Positions 48,897 through 58,080 are shown, numbered from the stretch's first letter. The stretch: 64,000 bases of DNA from Candidatus Limivicinus sp. (GCA_045616745.1 JAZLHH010000056.1:11831-75830), one strand, 5' to 3'. The notes: generated by a model from the letters alone, not told the origin. Translations and numbers: made by a program.

Positions 48897-49644
48897 AGCA
48901 GTTCCTGTTCAAACTATCATCGCAGATCTGGATCGCTACCTCGATTCCAATGATTATGCTTCTGCCGAATTGCATCTTAACTGTTGGCTGGATCAGGCAA
49001 AAAGCCGTCATGATTCTTCCGGCCAGCTGACAATTCTGAATGAACAGATCGGCTTATATAGAAAACTGCAGAGGGAAGAACCATGCAAAGCAGCAATCGA
49101 TAAAGCTTTAAATCTTCTCTTAAGTATGCAGCAGGAGAATACTGTCAGCGGAGCGACAACGTATATCAACGCAGCAACCGGTTATTCTTCATTTCATGAT
49201 TATCATTCAGCCTTACCACTGTATCATAAAGCAAAGCTGATTTTTGAAAGCAGACTTTTGGCTAACGATTCCCGTTTGGCATCTCTGTACAACAACATGG
49301 CAGTCTGTCTGACTTCCCTGAATCGGTTCCGCGAAGCGGAATCTCTTTATACAGACGCAATTGAAATTCTACAGCATGTTCCCCTGGGAGAAGCAGAACT
49401 GGCCGTTACTTATTGTAATCTTGCAGATTTGGCATATGCAGAATTCGGCCCGGTGGATTCTGAGGAAATGGTTCAGGATTATCTGAAGAAAGCAGAAGAT
49501 TGCCTGAACAGCAGCAATCTTTTACACAACGGCCATTATGCTTTCGTCTGTGAGAAATGTGCACCGGTCTTCGGTTTCTACGGGCGTTTTGTTTCGGATA
49601 GAGAATTCAGAAAAAGAGCGGAGAATATCTATGCAGGGTCTTGA
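48889..49644 (+). CDS. Tetratricopeptide-repeat protein
   Basis: Repeated A/Y/L-rich helical pairs (ATTYINAATGYSSFHDYHSALPLYHKA, LASLYNNMAVCLTSLNRFREAESLYTDA, LAVTYCNLADLAY). The start overlaps the zupT stop by 8 nt. Confidence 0.7.
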   Translation: MSEAVPVQTIIADLDRYLDSNDYASAELHLNCWLDQAKSRHDSSGQLTILNEQIGLYRKLQREEPCKAAIDKALNLLLSMQQENTVSGATTYINAATGYSSFHDYHSALPLYHKAKLIFESRLLANDSRLASLYNNMAVCLTSLNRFREAESLYTDAIEILQHVPLGEAELAVTYCNLADLAYAEFGPVDSEEMVQDYLKKAEDCLNSSNLLHNGHYAFVCEKCAPVFGFYGRFVSDREFRKRAENIYAGS

Positions 49645-50554
49645 ACTGTCAAGGGAATACTTTCATCAATATGGATACCCAATGCTCTGTTCACAATTCT
49701 CCGACTTACTCCCCTATCTTGCCGCAGGTTTCATTGGAAGCGGTTCAGATCGCTTCGGCTTTGATGATTCCGTTTCTGAAGATCATGATTTTGAACCCGG
49801 TTTTTGTCTGTTTCTTCCTGATGAAGATGTCATAAGCCGAAGAGAAGCGTTCCTTCTGGAGCGGGCTTACGCGAAGCTCCCGGGCGAGTTTCACGGAATT
49901 TCAAGGCTTCGCATCTCTCCTGTTGGCGGAAATCGAAACGGTGTTATACGAACAGCGGATTTTTATCTGGAGCATTGCGGTTCTCCTGATGGGGATTTGT
50001 CCGTCGAAGCCTGGCTGAATATTCCGGATTATGCCCTTGCAGAAGCAACTAACGGAGACGTCTTCTTTGACAACTATGGCGAGTTCACAAAAATAAGAGT
50101 GAGGCTTCAGCAAATGCCGCGCGACATTCTATTGAAGAGAATTTCTGCAAATCTCCTTTTGGCTGCACAATCCGGGCAATATAATTACTCACGCTGTCTG
50201 ATGCATGGTGAACCGGAAGCTGCTATTCTGGCAAAAAATGAATTCGCTCTTTCTGCAATGCGGGTTCTTTTTTATGCAGAAGGAAAATACATGCCATATT
50301 ATAAATGGTGCTTTCGTGCTTTCAAGGGTTTGCATCTTGGAGAAGAGCTTGAGCAGCTTTTTTCAGCCATTATGATTCGTAATGATGATGTTCAGGTTCT
50401 TATTGAAAAATTATCAGAGCGTCTCAGTGAATATCTCCAAAAAAACAAATTATACAATGGCTCCGGCTCGGAGCTAAAGTTAATCGCCTATTCCATCCAG
50501 AATTCCATTTCCGACGCAGAAATCCGAAACATGAATATATTGGAAGGAATATAA
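49631..50554 (+). CDS. DUF4037-like (nucleotidyltransferase-associated) protein
   Basis: GLELSREYFHQYGYPML...YLAAGFIGSGSDRFGFDDSVSEDHDFEPGFCLFL matches my recollection of the DUF4037 N-terminal region. ATG 49631 overlaps the TPR gene stop by 14 nt. Confidence 0.65.
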   Translation: MQGLELSREYFHQYGYPMLCSQFSDLLPYLAAGFIGSGSDRFGFDDSVSEDHDFEPGFCLFLPDEDVISRREAFLLERAYAKLPGEFHGISRLRISPVGGNRNGVIRTADFYLEHCGSPDGDLSVEAWLNIPDYALAEATNGDVFFDNYGEFTKIRVRLQQMPRDILLKRISANLLLAAQSGQYNYSRCLMHGEPEAAILAKNEFALSAMRVLFYAEGKYMPYYKWCFRAFKGLHLGEELEQLFSAIMIRNDDVQVLIEKLSERLSEYLQKNKLYNGSGSELKLIAYSIQNSISDAEIRNMNILEGI

Positions 50555-50556
50555 TA

Positions 50557-50582
50557 AAGCTGTCATCCGACAGCTTTTTATA
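50557..50582 (+). terminator. Rho-independent terminator
   Basis: AAAGCTGTC-ATCC-GACAGCTTT followed by TT. Confidence 0.7.
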
Positions 50583-50657
50583 ATTTGCGTTCTGTTGAGA
50601 ATTATCAAATTCTATTCTCCCCTTTTCAAGTCAGATTATTTATCATATAATTAACCC

Positions 50658-51035
50658 ATGTTTCGATTCATCAAAAAAGCAGATATTGTCCTTTTTCTTT
50701 GTCTCATCTGTCTTGGAATTCTCAGCATCTTCGTTGTACGTCAGATTTCCGGGAACGGTGACAGCGTAGAAATTACAGTCAACGGTGAATTATACGGAGT
50801 TTATCCCCTTTCTCTGAACCGTTCAATTGAGATATCAACCGAATATGGAAGAAATGTTGTTGTTATTTCGGATAATACTGTTCAGGTAAAGGAAAGTGAC
50901 TGCCCGAATCATGACTGCGAAGACTTTGGAAAGATCGGCACCTCCGGTCAGACGATAATCTGCATTCCAAATCGGCTTGTAATCGCTATAGTTGCGGCCG
51001 ACGGGGAGAATGAACTGGATGCGGTGGTGTACTGA
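50658..51035 (+). CDS. NusG domain II-like membrane-anchored protein
   Basis: An N-terminal TM helix, then ...VEITVNGELYGVYPL...VVVISDNTVQVKESDCPNHDCEDFGKI...IICIPNRLVI, the pattern I recall for NusG_II/DUF1312 proteins. Confidence 0.7.
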   Translation: MFRFIKKADIVLFLCLICLGILSIFVVRQISGNGDSVEITVNGELYGVYPLSLNRSIEISTEYGRNVVVISDNTVQVKESDCPNHDCEDFGKIGTSGQTIICIPNRLVIAIVAADGENELDAVVY

Positions 51036-51529
51036 TGAAGAATAATCGCATTGCGTCTGGAGCCATGCTGACGGCACTGGCACTCATTTTCTCCTATGTA
51101 GAAGCTCTGATTCCGATTCCTCTCGGAATTCCCGGTATCAAGCTCGGTCTTGCCAATATTCTTGTCCTTTTTGCGCTGTATCTCCTGGATTTTCGATATG
51201 CATTCTGCATCAACCTGCTCAGAATCATCCTTTCCGGGCTTTTATTCGGCAGTGTTTTCTCCCTTGTTTATTCTTTATGCGGAGGGATGCTCAGCCTGCT
51301 TATCATGTTCCTCCTGAAAAAAACGAATCTGTTCTCTGTAATTGGCATTTCCATGGCAGGCGGGGTATTTCACAATCTCGGCCAGATTGTTGTGGCCCTG
51401 TTTGTTGTAAACACGCCGCAGATTCTCCTGTATTTTCCGGTTTTGCTCTTTGCCGGCATTATTACCGGCGTTCTGAACGGATTTGTTGCTGCTCTGATTA
51501 TCCAGAGGCTTTCTTCAATGAAATTATAA
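51035..51529 (+). CDS. Gx transporter family protein (heptaprenyl-diphosphate-synthase-component-I-like, ECF S-component-like)
   Basis: A 164-aa polytopic membrane protein (ALIFSYVEALIPIPLGIPGIKLGLANI). Its start shares 1 nt with the upstream stop, in the usual pairing with a NusG_II gene. Confidence 0.7.
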   Translation: MKNNRIASGAMLTALALIFSYVEALIPIPLGIPGIKLGLANILVLFALYLLDFRYAFCINLLRIILSGLLFGSVFSLVYSLCGGMLSLLIMFLLKKTNLFSVIGISMAGGVFHNLGQIVVALFVVNTPQILLYFPVLLFAGIITGVLNGFVAALIIQRLSSMKL

Positions 51530-51534
51530 AATTG

Positions 51535-51557
51535 GCCCGGAGCTTGACGCTCCGGGC
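51535..51557. terminator. Bidirectional hairpin between convergent genes
   Basis: GCCCGGAGC-TTGAC-GCTCCGGGC, followed by a T-rich tail. Confidence 0.55.
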
Positions 51558-51581
51558 TTCTACTTGCTTTTGAAAATATCT

Positions 51582-52634
51582 TTATGCAGGAATGTAGGTG
51601 AACTGGGTCTTCAGACCGGCTGCGTTGTTGTCCATCTTGACATAGTCAACGTTGTGAGGCTGATTCTCACCCATCATGGTGTCAATCATGCCGTCCATCT
51701 GCGCAAACATAGGACCTGCATAGTAGTCTTCCACTGCCTTGACGTTCTTCTCGTCCTTCAGGAACTCTGCTTTGTAGTCAACGAGGCTCTGGAGGAATTC
51801 TTTAGAAAGGTTCAAATCGTAAGCAAACTTGCCGTCCTTGCCGGGAGTGGTGTAAGTTACTGCATTGAAATACTGGGGAGCCAGCATAATAACAACAGGG
51901 CAGGTAACAACAATCTTGGAAGGAATAATCTCGTATACAACCATGGAACCGCCGCTGATGGTCTTGGAAGCATAAGCAAGCTTTGCTTCACGGAGAGCTG
52001 CGTCATCCTTGGCATCGGCAAATCCCTTGGAATAACCGGCCCAGAAAGACTTTCCGGTGTTGTAATAAGTGTCAAATACGCGGATGATGCCATCCTGGCC
52101 ATCTTCCGTCTCCAGATCTTCGGCGGTGTAAACACGAACCTGACCGTAGTAGGTAAGACCGTAGGAGCTGTAGTAATTATAGCCGGCTTCTTCGTCAGCT
52201 TCGTTCAGCTGCTTGGACCAGGCAACGGATACGTTGGGGTTCGCCTGGAATTCAATCGTCTTTCCGGTTCCTGCTTCGGAAACACCGCAGAGAGACATCT
52301 TTTCAGTGTTCAGAACCAGCTCAAGGTTGGTGCATGTAGGAACATCGTTGTAGCAGGTAGCGAGCTGCATCATGTTACGGTAGTTGTAACCGCTGTCATC
52401 CTGTGCAAACGCGGGATCTGCAATTTCCTTGCCGCCCTTAAGGAATTCCTTAATTGCTGCAACCTGGAGATCTTCGGACCAGTCAATAGCACCGTAGTTG
52501 ATGCCGCCGACCCCAGATTCTGTTGCGGATGTGGCAAGATCTGCCTTCTTCTCTTCTGCAAATGCTGCAGGAGCAAATACGACTGCAGTCAGAGCAAGAA
52601 CGAGAACCATCAGCATTGCGATAGTTTTTTTCAT
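51582..52634 (-). CDS. Secreted protein of unknown function (candidate flavoprotein)
   Basis: Signal peptide MKKTIAMLMVLVLALTAVVFAPAAFA. The mature N-terminus carries DLATSAT. The composition is coding-like, unlike the 370-aa ORF on the opposite strand. Confidence 0.7.
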   Translation of the reverse strand: MKKTIAMLMVLVLALTAVVFAPAAFAEEKKADLATSATESGVGGINYGAIDWSEDLQVAAIKEFLKGGKEIADPAFAQDDSGYNYRNMMQLATCYNDVPTCTNLELVLNTEKMSLCGVSEAGTGKTIEFQANPNVSVAWSKQLNEADEEAGYNYYSSYGLTYYGQVRVYTAEDLETEDGQDGIIRVFDTYYNTGKSFWAGYSKGFADAKDDAALREAKLAYASKTISGGSMVVYEIIPSKIVVTCPVVIMLAPQYFNAVTYTTPGKDGKFAYDLNLSKEFLQSLVDYKAEFLKDEKNVKAVEDYYAGPMFAQMDGMIDTMMGENQPHNVDYVKMDNNAAGLKTQFTYIPA

Positions 52635-52732
52635 TTTGCGATTTTCTCCTTTTACAAATCACTTGCCCAGTCTTGATACTGGGCAATATTTGATAAAAGT
52701 ATATCAGTCTTGTATATACATGTCAACAAGTA

Positions 52733-53794
52733 TCAACTTGTATAGGAGAAATTTGAAGAAATTTCTATAGACCCGTCAGGTAAGATCCACATTGCTTCAA
52801 GGGATTCATTTTTTTCCACCAATGCTTTCCCCTGCTCCAGATCCATATTGAACAGTGCAGTAGACATTGCGTCGGCATAATCGGATTTTTCCGTTTCCAC
52901 GGTGACCGATAAATAGCGGTTTTCCGGCTGCAAGCTATCCGGGTCGATGATATGATGATAATTCTTGCCTTCATAGGTAAAAAAACGCTGGTAAGAACCG
53001 CTTGTGACAATGGAACTGTTTTCGGCATCTGCAATCCCTATGTATTCTCCGCTTGCCGGATGAATCGGGTCTGTAATGCCGATTTTCCAGGCAGTACCGT
53101 CCGGTTTCGCATTTCCAACTCGGACGTTTCCTCCCGCGTTCAGTGCAAATCTGAAAAAGCCCTTTTCGAGAAGTTCCCCTGCAATCTGCTCCGTGGCATA
53201 TCCCTTGGCAAGTGCCCCGACATCAATCCGCAGTTCGGAATCACGGATATAAACCGTGCCGGCATCTTGATCAATAACAATATCCTCGATATTGCAGTGT
53301 TTTGCCGCTTCCTGTAATGCTTTTTCATCCGGCAATCTCATATCATTTGGAAAATTACTGTTATACTCCCGGATATCGTGCCAGAACCGAAGGACAGATC
53401 CCAAAGCAATATTGACCTTTCCGCCGGTAAGATCATAAACCTCTTTTCCGAAAGAAAGAAGATCGATGATTTCAGGATCTACTTCCAATTGCTCCTCTCC
53501 GGCATAGTCATTGATACTTTTGATATTGTTTAATCCGGGATATATATTATAAATATCATACATCTGATGATATCTGTTGTATTCCGTCATGCAGATTGAC
53601 AGAAATTCATCAAAACTCTCCTGAGAATCGCAGTAAGCCGTCACGGTTATTGCCGTGTCAAATGCGTCAAATGTATAAGAATACTTCTCCGACTGCTGTG
53701 CTGCCGCTGATTCCGACGGCAAATTGCCACAACCCGAAAGGATTGCGGCACAAATTGCACATATGAATAACAGTCGGAAAAGTTTCTTCTTCAC
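52733..53794 (-). CDS. apbE: FAD:protein FMN transferase ApbE (lipoprotein)
   Basis: Lipobox ILSGCGN, FDTAITV, VGALAKGYATEQI, YHHIIDP, and DADAMSTALF. Confidence 0.9.
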   Translation of the reverse strand: MKKKLFRLLFICAICAAILSGCGNLPSESAAAQQSEKYSYTFDAFDTAITVTAYCDSQESFDEFLSICMTEYNRYHQMYDIYNIYPGLNNIKSINDYAGEEQLEVDPEIIDLLSFGKEVYDLTGGKVNIALGSVLRFWHDIREYNSNFPNDMRLPDEKALQEAAKHCNIEDIVIDQDAGTVYIRDSELRIDVGALAKGYATEQIAGELLEKGFFRFALNAGGNVRVGNAKPDGTAWKIGITDPIHPASGEYIGIADAENSSIVTSGSYQRFFTYEGKNYHHIIDPDSLQPENRYLSVTVETEKSDYADAMSTALFNMDLEQGKALVEKNESLEAMWILPDGSIEISSNFSYTS

Positions 53795-53800
53795 AATTGA

Positions 53801-54772
53801 TCAACCTATAAGTCCGGCGACCTGCGCGCAGGCGGTTCTGACGGCCATCGTAACGGCATTCGATGTATAAGTGGCCGTGCTGTAGGCATCTACAACGAAG
53901 CTTCCGTCGCCGATATCAAAGGGAGATACATTGGTTTCTCCTTCAAACTGATAGAGATAGTTCTCATTCAGGCATTTTTCCCCGTATGCGGGAGATTCCG
54001 CATGGTCAATTACGACTACCCTCTGAATGACGCCGCCTTCGTCCAGGCAAACCAGCAGCCGAATCGGTGTTTCCGGGTTCTGATCATAACCCAGCGTTTC
54101 CAGTTCTACGGCATATCCGCCGTCACACTGATATACTTTGGTTACGTTTTTCTTCAGTTCCGCCTCTATTTCTGAAAAACTGCCGCCGAATACTTCTTCC
54201 ACTGCATTGCCAATCTTTTCTTCGGGAGAAAGAGCAAGCAGACCTTCCGTGCTTCCGCCGTTATATACCCCGTACTGGGCAAAAGCAGCATTAACGCAGG
54301 CTTTGATTGCATCACTCGTGTAGGTTGCACCGGTGAATCCATCCACTTCCTCTGCGGAATTCTTCCCGTAATAAGTAGAAAGATAGGCTTCTTCCAGTGC
54401 AAGCTCTCCGTATTCCGGAGATTCGCCGCTTTCCAGCTTCATAATCCTGCTGATACTTCCATTCTCATCCAGTACAACAGACAGAACGATTTTGCTTTCC
54501 AACCCCTGCGCTTCAGTTTCCATCAGAAGCTTTCCGCCTTCGGATGCAGAGAGAGAACGAACACCTTCCACCAGAACAGCATCTTCTACCGTGTTGAACA
54601 CTTCCCCACCGGTCAGCTCCGTCTGGGCTTCTTCCTTTGCCCGAGCAAGTTCATCAACCAGTTTAACCGAATAATCGGAAAATACAACCCCGAATATGAG
54701 ATAGCAAAGAACAAACAATGCAACCACTGCCAGAAATCCCAAAATGTAAAAACGAATATTTGCTTTTTTCAT
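53801..54772 (-). CDS. Membrane-anchored protein with two FMN-binding (FMN_bind) domains
   Basis: An N-terminal TM helix and two flavinylation motifs, DGFTGATYTS and DAYSTATYTS, each at the end of a ~100-aa repeat. ATG 54772 (GGAG 7 nt upstream) is preferred over 54829. Confidence 0.8.
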   Translation of the reverse strand: MKKANIRFYILGFLAVVALFVLCYLIFGVVFSDYSVKLVDELARAKEEAQTELTGGEVFNTVEDAVLVEGVRSLSASEGGKLLMETEAQGLESKIVLSVVLDENGSISRIMKLESGESPEYGELALEEAYLSTYYGKNSAEEVDGFTGATYTSDAIKACVNAAFAQYGVYNGGSTEGLLALSPEEKIGNAVEEVFGGSFSEIEAELKKNVTKVYQCDGGYAVELETLGYDQNPETPIRLLVCLDEGGVIQRVVVIDHAESPAYGEKCLNENYLYQFEGETNVSPFDIGDGSFVVDAYSTATYTSNAVTMAVRTACAQVAGLIG

Positions 54773-54980
54773 AAAGATGCTCCATGTCAATTTTTGATAA
54801 ATGATAATATAACATAGACCAACTGCCATTTCAACACATTGTCCATGTATGAAATTCTCGGAATTCTGCCTAATTTTTTTTGTAATTCGGTTGACATTTC
54901 ATTCCTGAATCATTAAAACTATTCAGGATGTTAAGTTATCCATCCATTCACTATTATAAACAGAAAGTAAGGACTCGTCT

Positions 54981-56975
54981 TTGAAAAACAACGCCAGGTC
55001 TTCCGTTTTGTTTTGTCTCTACCTCCCGATCACATTCCTGTTTCTTGAAATCTGTGTCCGGGTTACCACATCTCTCCCCTTTTCGGTATATGGCATGCTC
55101 TCAGCATTTGCTCTTGGATCGATTCTGACGGCTCTTTTGTCGCTTCTTCCCAATAAACCGTGGCGAATCATTATTCTTATTGCACTTGCCGAAGCAGCTG
55201 TTGTCTGGTTCCTTATTGCTTACTTCACGAATGATACCTACAGCGTCTTTATGGATCCTGATATCATCTTTGGAACAGCCGGCAATGTGGTGGAAGACTT
55301 TTCCGACATGCTCCTCAATGTCATCAAAGGCGGTATCTGGACGATTCTCCTGTTCCACGCTCCGGTTATTCTTGGAATTGTCTTCCGAAAATACTTCCTT
55401 CCCGGTTCGGTTCGCATCTGGATTTCCATGATTTATCTCATCCTTTCCTTGCTGTTTGGCGCGTTTTCCTATTCCAATTCCCGTATGAAGCGGTATAACT
55501 ACGATGACAGCATCCGGAAATACGGCGTAATTACCTCTCTGGAGCAGTTTTTTGAGTTTATATCCGATAAAACTTCTGCCTCATCTTTCCAATATACAGT
55601 TCCGGACACATCGGAGATTTCCGCGCCGCCTGCAGCCGAAGATTCAGATGCAGAGCAGGCGACAGTACCGGAATATGAGCCGCATATAATGGACCTGCCT
55701 TTCAGTAAAGAGGCTAATGAGAATATTCAGGCCATCAATAATTACATTCAGTCCGTTGCCCCAAGCAAGAAAAATGCCTATACCGGTCTGCTGAAGGGAA
55801 AGAATCTGATCGTTATCTGTGCAGAATCCTTTACCAAGGAAGTTATCAGCGAAGAGCTTACGCCGACACTGTATTTTCTGCAGCATCACGGAATTGTTCT
55901 TGAAGACTTCTATCATCCGTTCTGGGGAGGCAGCACGACTACCGGTGAATATTCTCTTCTGACCGGGCTGATTCCGCCGGAACAGAACGCAATGCTGAAA
56001 ACCATTGGAAAGAACATGTATTTTACAATCGGAAATCAGCTGCGACGGGCCGGATATGCCAGTCATGCGTATCACAACGGATCGGTAACCTATTATGACC
56101 GTGACAAAACGCATCCGAATCTCGGTTATGACGAGTACATTGCTCTTGGAAACGGAATGGAAAACCATATCAGCTACAGGATGAACCAGGGCGGACCTGC
56201 GAAGCATCAGAGCGATCAGGAAATGTTTGAATATACGGTACCGCTCTATCTCGATGAACAGCCTTTCAGTGTATATTACATGACAATCAGCGGCCATTCC
56301 ATGTGGTCCAGAGACGGCAATGAAATGACCCGGAAAAACTGGGATGCCGTTAAAGATCTGGACTATTCCGAAGTTATCCGGTCATATATTGCAGCAAATC
56401 TGGAAGTGGAATACGCCGTAAAATACCTTATGGACTCGCTGGCAGAAGTCGGAAAGCTGGAGGATACGGTTATCGTCATCTGCCCGGACCATTACCCTTA
56501 CAACCTGGTTCCCAACATGGCCACCAACACCGTGACGGACTATCTTGCAGAACTCTACGGCTATCATTCTGATACCTGTGCACAGCGTGACCACAATGCG
56601 GCTATGATCTGGAGTCCGTGTCTGGACGAGCTGGAAGAAAAATTGGTCATTTCCACACCCTGCAGCAGTCTGGATATCCTCCCTACTCTTTCCAATCTCT
56701 TTGATCTCGATTATGATTCTCGCCTGTTTGTTGGCCGGGATCTGCTGGACCCGGAAGCAGCACCGCTCGTCATGTGGTCCAACGCCAGCTGGCTGACGGA
56801 TCGGGGCTTCTATGATACCGGAAAAGAGGAATTTACACCGGCAGAGGGACAGACCGCTGACCAGAGTTACATTGATTCTATCAATCAGACCGTCGCAAAC
56901 AAGATTTCATTCTCCGCCTCGGTACTCTATAACGATTATTACGATTATCTCTTCGGCAGCATCGCTGAGCCATAA
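54981..56975 (+). CDS. LTA synthase / sulfatase-family membrane protein
   Basis: About 5 N-terminal TM helices, then an extracytoplasmic alkaline-phosphatase-superfamily domain (LIVICAESF, WGGSTTTGEYSLLTG, VIVICPDHYP). The start is TTG. Confidence 0.8.
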   Translation: MKNNARSSVLFCLYLPITFLFLEICVRVTTSLPFSVYGMLSAFALGSILTALLSLLPNKPWRIIILIALAEAAVVWFLIAYFTNDTYSVFMDPDIIFGTAGNVVEDFSDMLLNVIKGGIWTILLFHAPVILGIVFRKYFLPGSVRIWISMIYLILSLLFGAFSYSNSRMKRYNYDDSIRKYGVITSLEQFFEFISDKTSASSFQYTVPDTSEISAPPAAEDSDAEQATVPEYEPHIMDLPFSKEANENIQAINNYIQSVAPSKKNAYTGLLKGKNLIVICAESFTKEVISEELTPTLYFLQHHGIVLEDFYHPFWGGSTTTGEYSLLTGLIPPEQNAMLKTIGKNMYFTIGNQLRRAGYASHAYHNGSVTYYDRDKTHPNLGYDEYIALGNGMENHISYRMNQGGPAKHQSDQEMFEYTVPLYLDEQPFSVYYMTISGHSMWSRDGNEMTRKNWDAVKDLDYSEVIRSYIAANLEVEYAVKYLMDSLAEVGKLEDTVIVICPDHYPYNLVPNMATNTVTDYLAELYGYHSDTCAQRDHNAAMIWSPCLDELEEKLVISTPCSSLDILPTLSNLFDLDYDSRLFVGRDLLDPEAAPLVMWSNASWLTDRGFYDTGKEEFTPAEGQTADQSYIDSINQTVANKISFSASVLYNDYYDYLFGSIAEP

Positions 56976-56979
56976 AAAA

Positions 56980-57004
56980 GAACCGCGAAAGCGGTTCTTT
57001 TTTC
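56980..57004. terminator. Bidirectional rho-independent terminator
   Basis: GAACCGC-GAAA-GCGGTTC, flanked by an A-run and a T-run, between convergent genes. Confidence 0.75.
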
Positions 57005-57746
57005 AAACCATGTATTGGTTGATATTGTCCAGTGCGTGATTTGGGTCGTGGTTCTCGTCCAGTTCCTTAAGATAGCCCGCCGTAATAATGCCGGAGGGCA
57101 AAGCAATCACTGCCATCCCTACCAGAGTGGAAATCATTGTTACCAGCCGGCCCGCAACTGTCACCGGGGCGATGTCCCCGTATCCGATGGTGGCGAGGCT
57201 GATTGTGGCCCAGTAGAGTGCATCAAAAAACGTATCAAAAGTATCCGGTTCCACGTTGAAGATGACAAGTGCCGCAACAACAATATAGGCGACAGCAAGA
57301 TTGACTACGGTAATCAGCGGCTTTTTCTGAGCACGGACTACATTCAGCACCATGCGAAGCGGCCGGGAGTATCGAAAAATCTTGAAGGCGCGAAAGGCCA
57401 CAAATACACGCAGGACGCGAAGCACCTTCAGACTTTCACTGATATATATGAAGGAAGGCAGAATACAAAGAAAATCAATCAGCGCCATCAAGGTAAAAGG
57501 ATATACAAAGAAAGATTGCACACCTTTTCCGATTTTATAATCCGCGGTGATAAATCGCAGAATATAATCGATAATAAACACGGCAGCTGCCGTCAGATCA
57601 ATGATTTCAAAAACCAGATTGTCTTCTTTGACCATCAGCGGGATAAAGGAAAGCAGAATTACGAACAGCATCATCAGGTCGTAACTCTTGCTGGCCTTGT
57701 CATCTTCTCTTGCAACTTCAATAATTTCAAATATTCTTTTTCTCAT
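57003..57746 (-). CDS. Voltage-gated-type potassium channel (6TM, Kv-like)
   Basis: S4-like LRVLRVFVAFRAFKIFRYSRPLR and the selectivity filter TIGYGD. ATG 57746 has GGAGA 6 nt upstream. Confidence 0.85.
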   Translation of the reverse strand: MRKRIFEIIEVAREDDKASKSYDLMMLFVILLSFIPLMVKEDNLVFEIIDLTAAAVFIIDYILRFITADYKIGKGVQSFFVYPFTLMALIDFLCILPSFIYISESLKVLRVLRVFVAFRAFKIFRYSRPLRMVLNVVRAQKKPLITVVNLAVAYIVVAALVIFNVEPDTFDTFFDALYWATISLATIGYGDIAPVTVAGRLVTMISTLVGMAVIALPSGIITAGYLKELDENHDPNHALDNINQYMV

Positions 57747-57774
57747 TGACATTCTCCAAAAAGTTTGGTAATAT
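57746..57774 (+). promoter_or_regulatory. Candidate promoter of tRNA-Ala
   Basis: TTGACA (57746-57751), a 17-nt spacer ending in TGg, and TAATAT (57769-57774), 12 nt upstream of the tRNA. It overlaps the channel gene start codon on the other strand. Confidence 0.45.
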
Positions 57775-57786
57775 AACAAAGCTCAC

Positions 57787-57862
<76 letters not shown>

Positions 57863-57867
57863 CACGG

Positions 57868-57905
57868 AAACAGCACTGGCAGTTAGGTCAGCGCTGTTTT
57901 TGTTT
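57868..57905 (+). terminator. Rho-independent terminator after tRNA-Ala
   Basis: 11-bp stem (one mismatch) AAACAGCACTG/CAGCGCTGTTT followed by TTGTTTT. Confidence 0.65.
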
Positions 57906-58042
57906 TCTAAAAAAGCAGAAAAGAAAAACAAAAAACGCGTCAACGCTTCGTGTCACCAAATCAACAAAATTAGCGGTATTTTTCAAATGCCGACAATCTG
58001 CCGGTTGGTTTGCAACGGAATTATAACACAACTGAAGACATA

Positions 58043-58080
58043 AAAAAAGCAAGAAGGTTTTCCCTTCCTGCTTAATTTTT
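58043..58080 (-). terminator. Terminator downstream of the NRPS gene (usable in both directions)
   Basis: GCAAGAAGG-TTTTC-CCTTCCTGC (one mismatch), flanked by AAAAAAA and TTAATTTTTT. Confidence 0.6.

Noticed and set aside
51564-52676. 370-aa ORF on the + strand covering the secreted-protein gene
   Set aside because: Its composition is V/G/C/H-rich and nonsense-like, and it has no SD. It starts inside the terminator region. The minus-strand ORF has a textbook signal peptide and sits in an operon with apbE.
57015-57749. 244-aa ORF antisense to the K+ channel gene
   Set aside because: The product is highly basic and low-complexity. The minus strand encodes a coherent 6TM channel with a TIGYGD filter.
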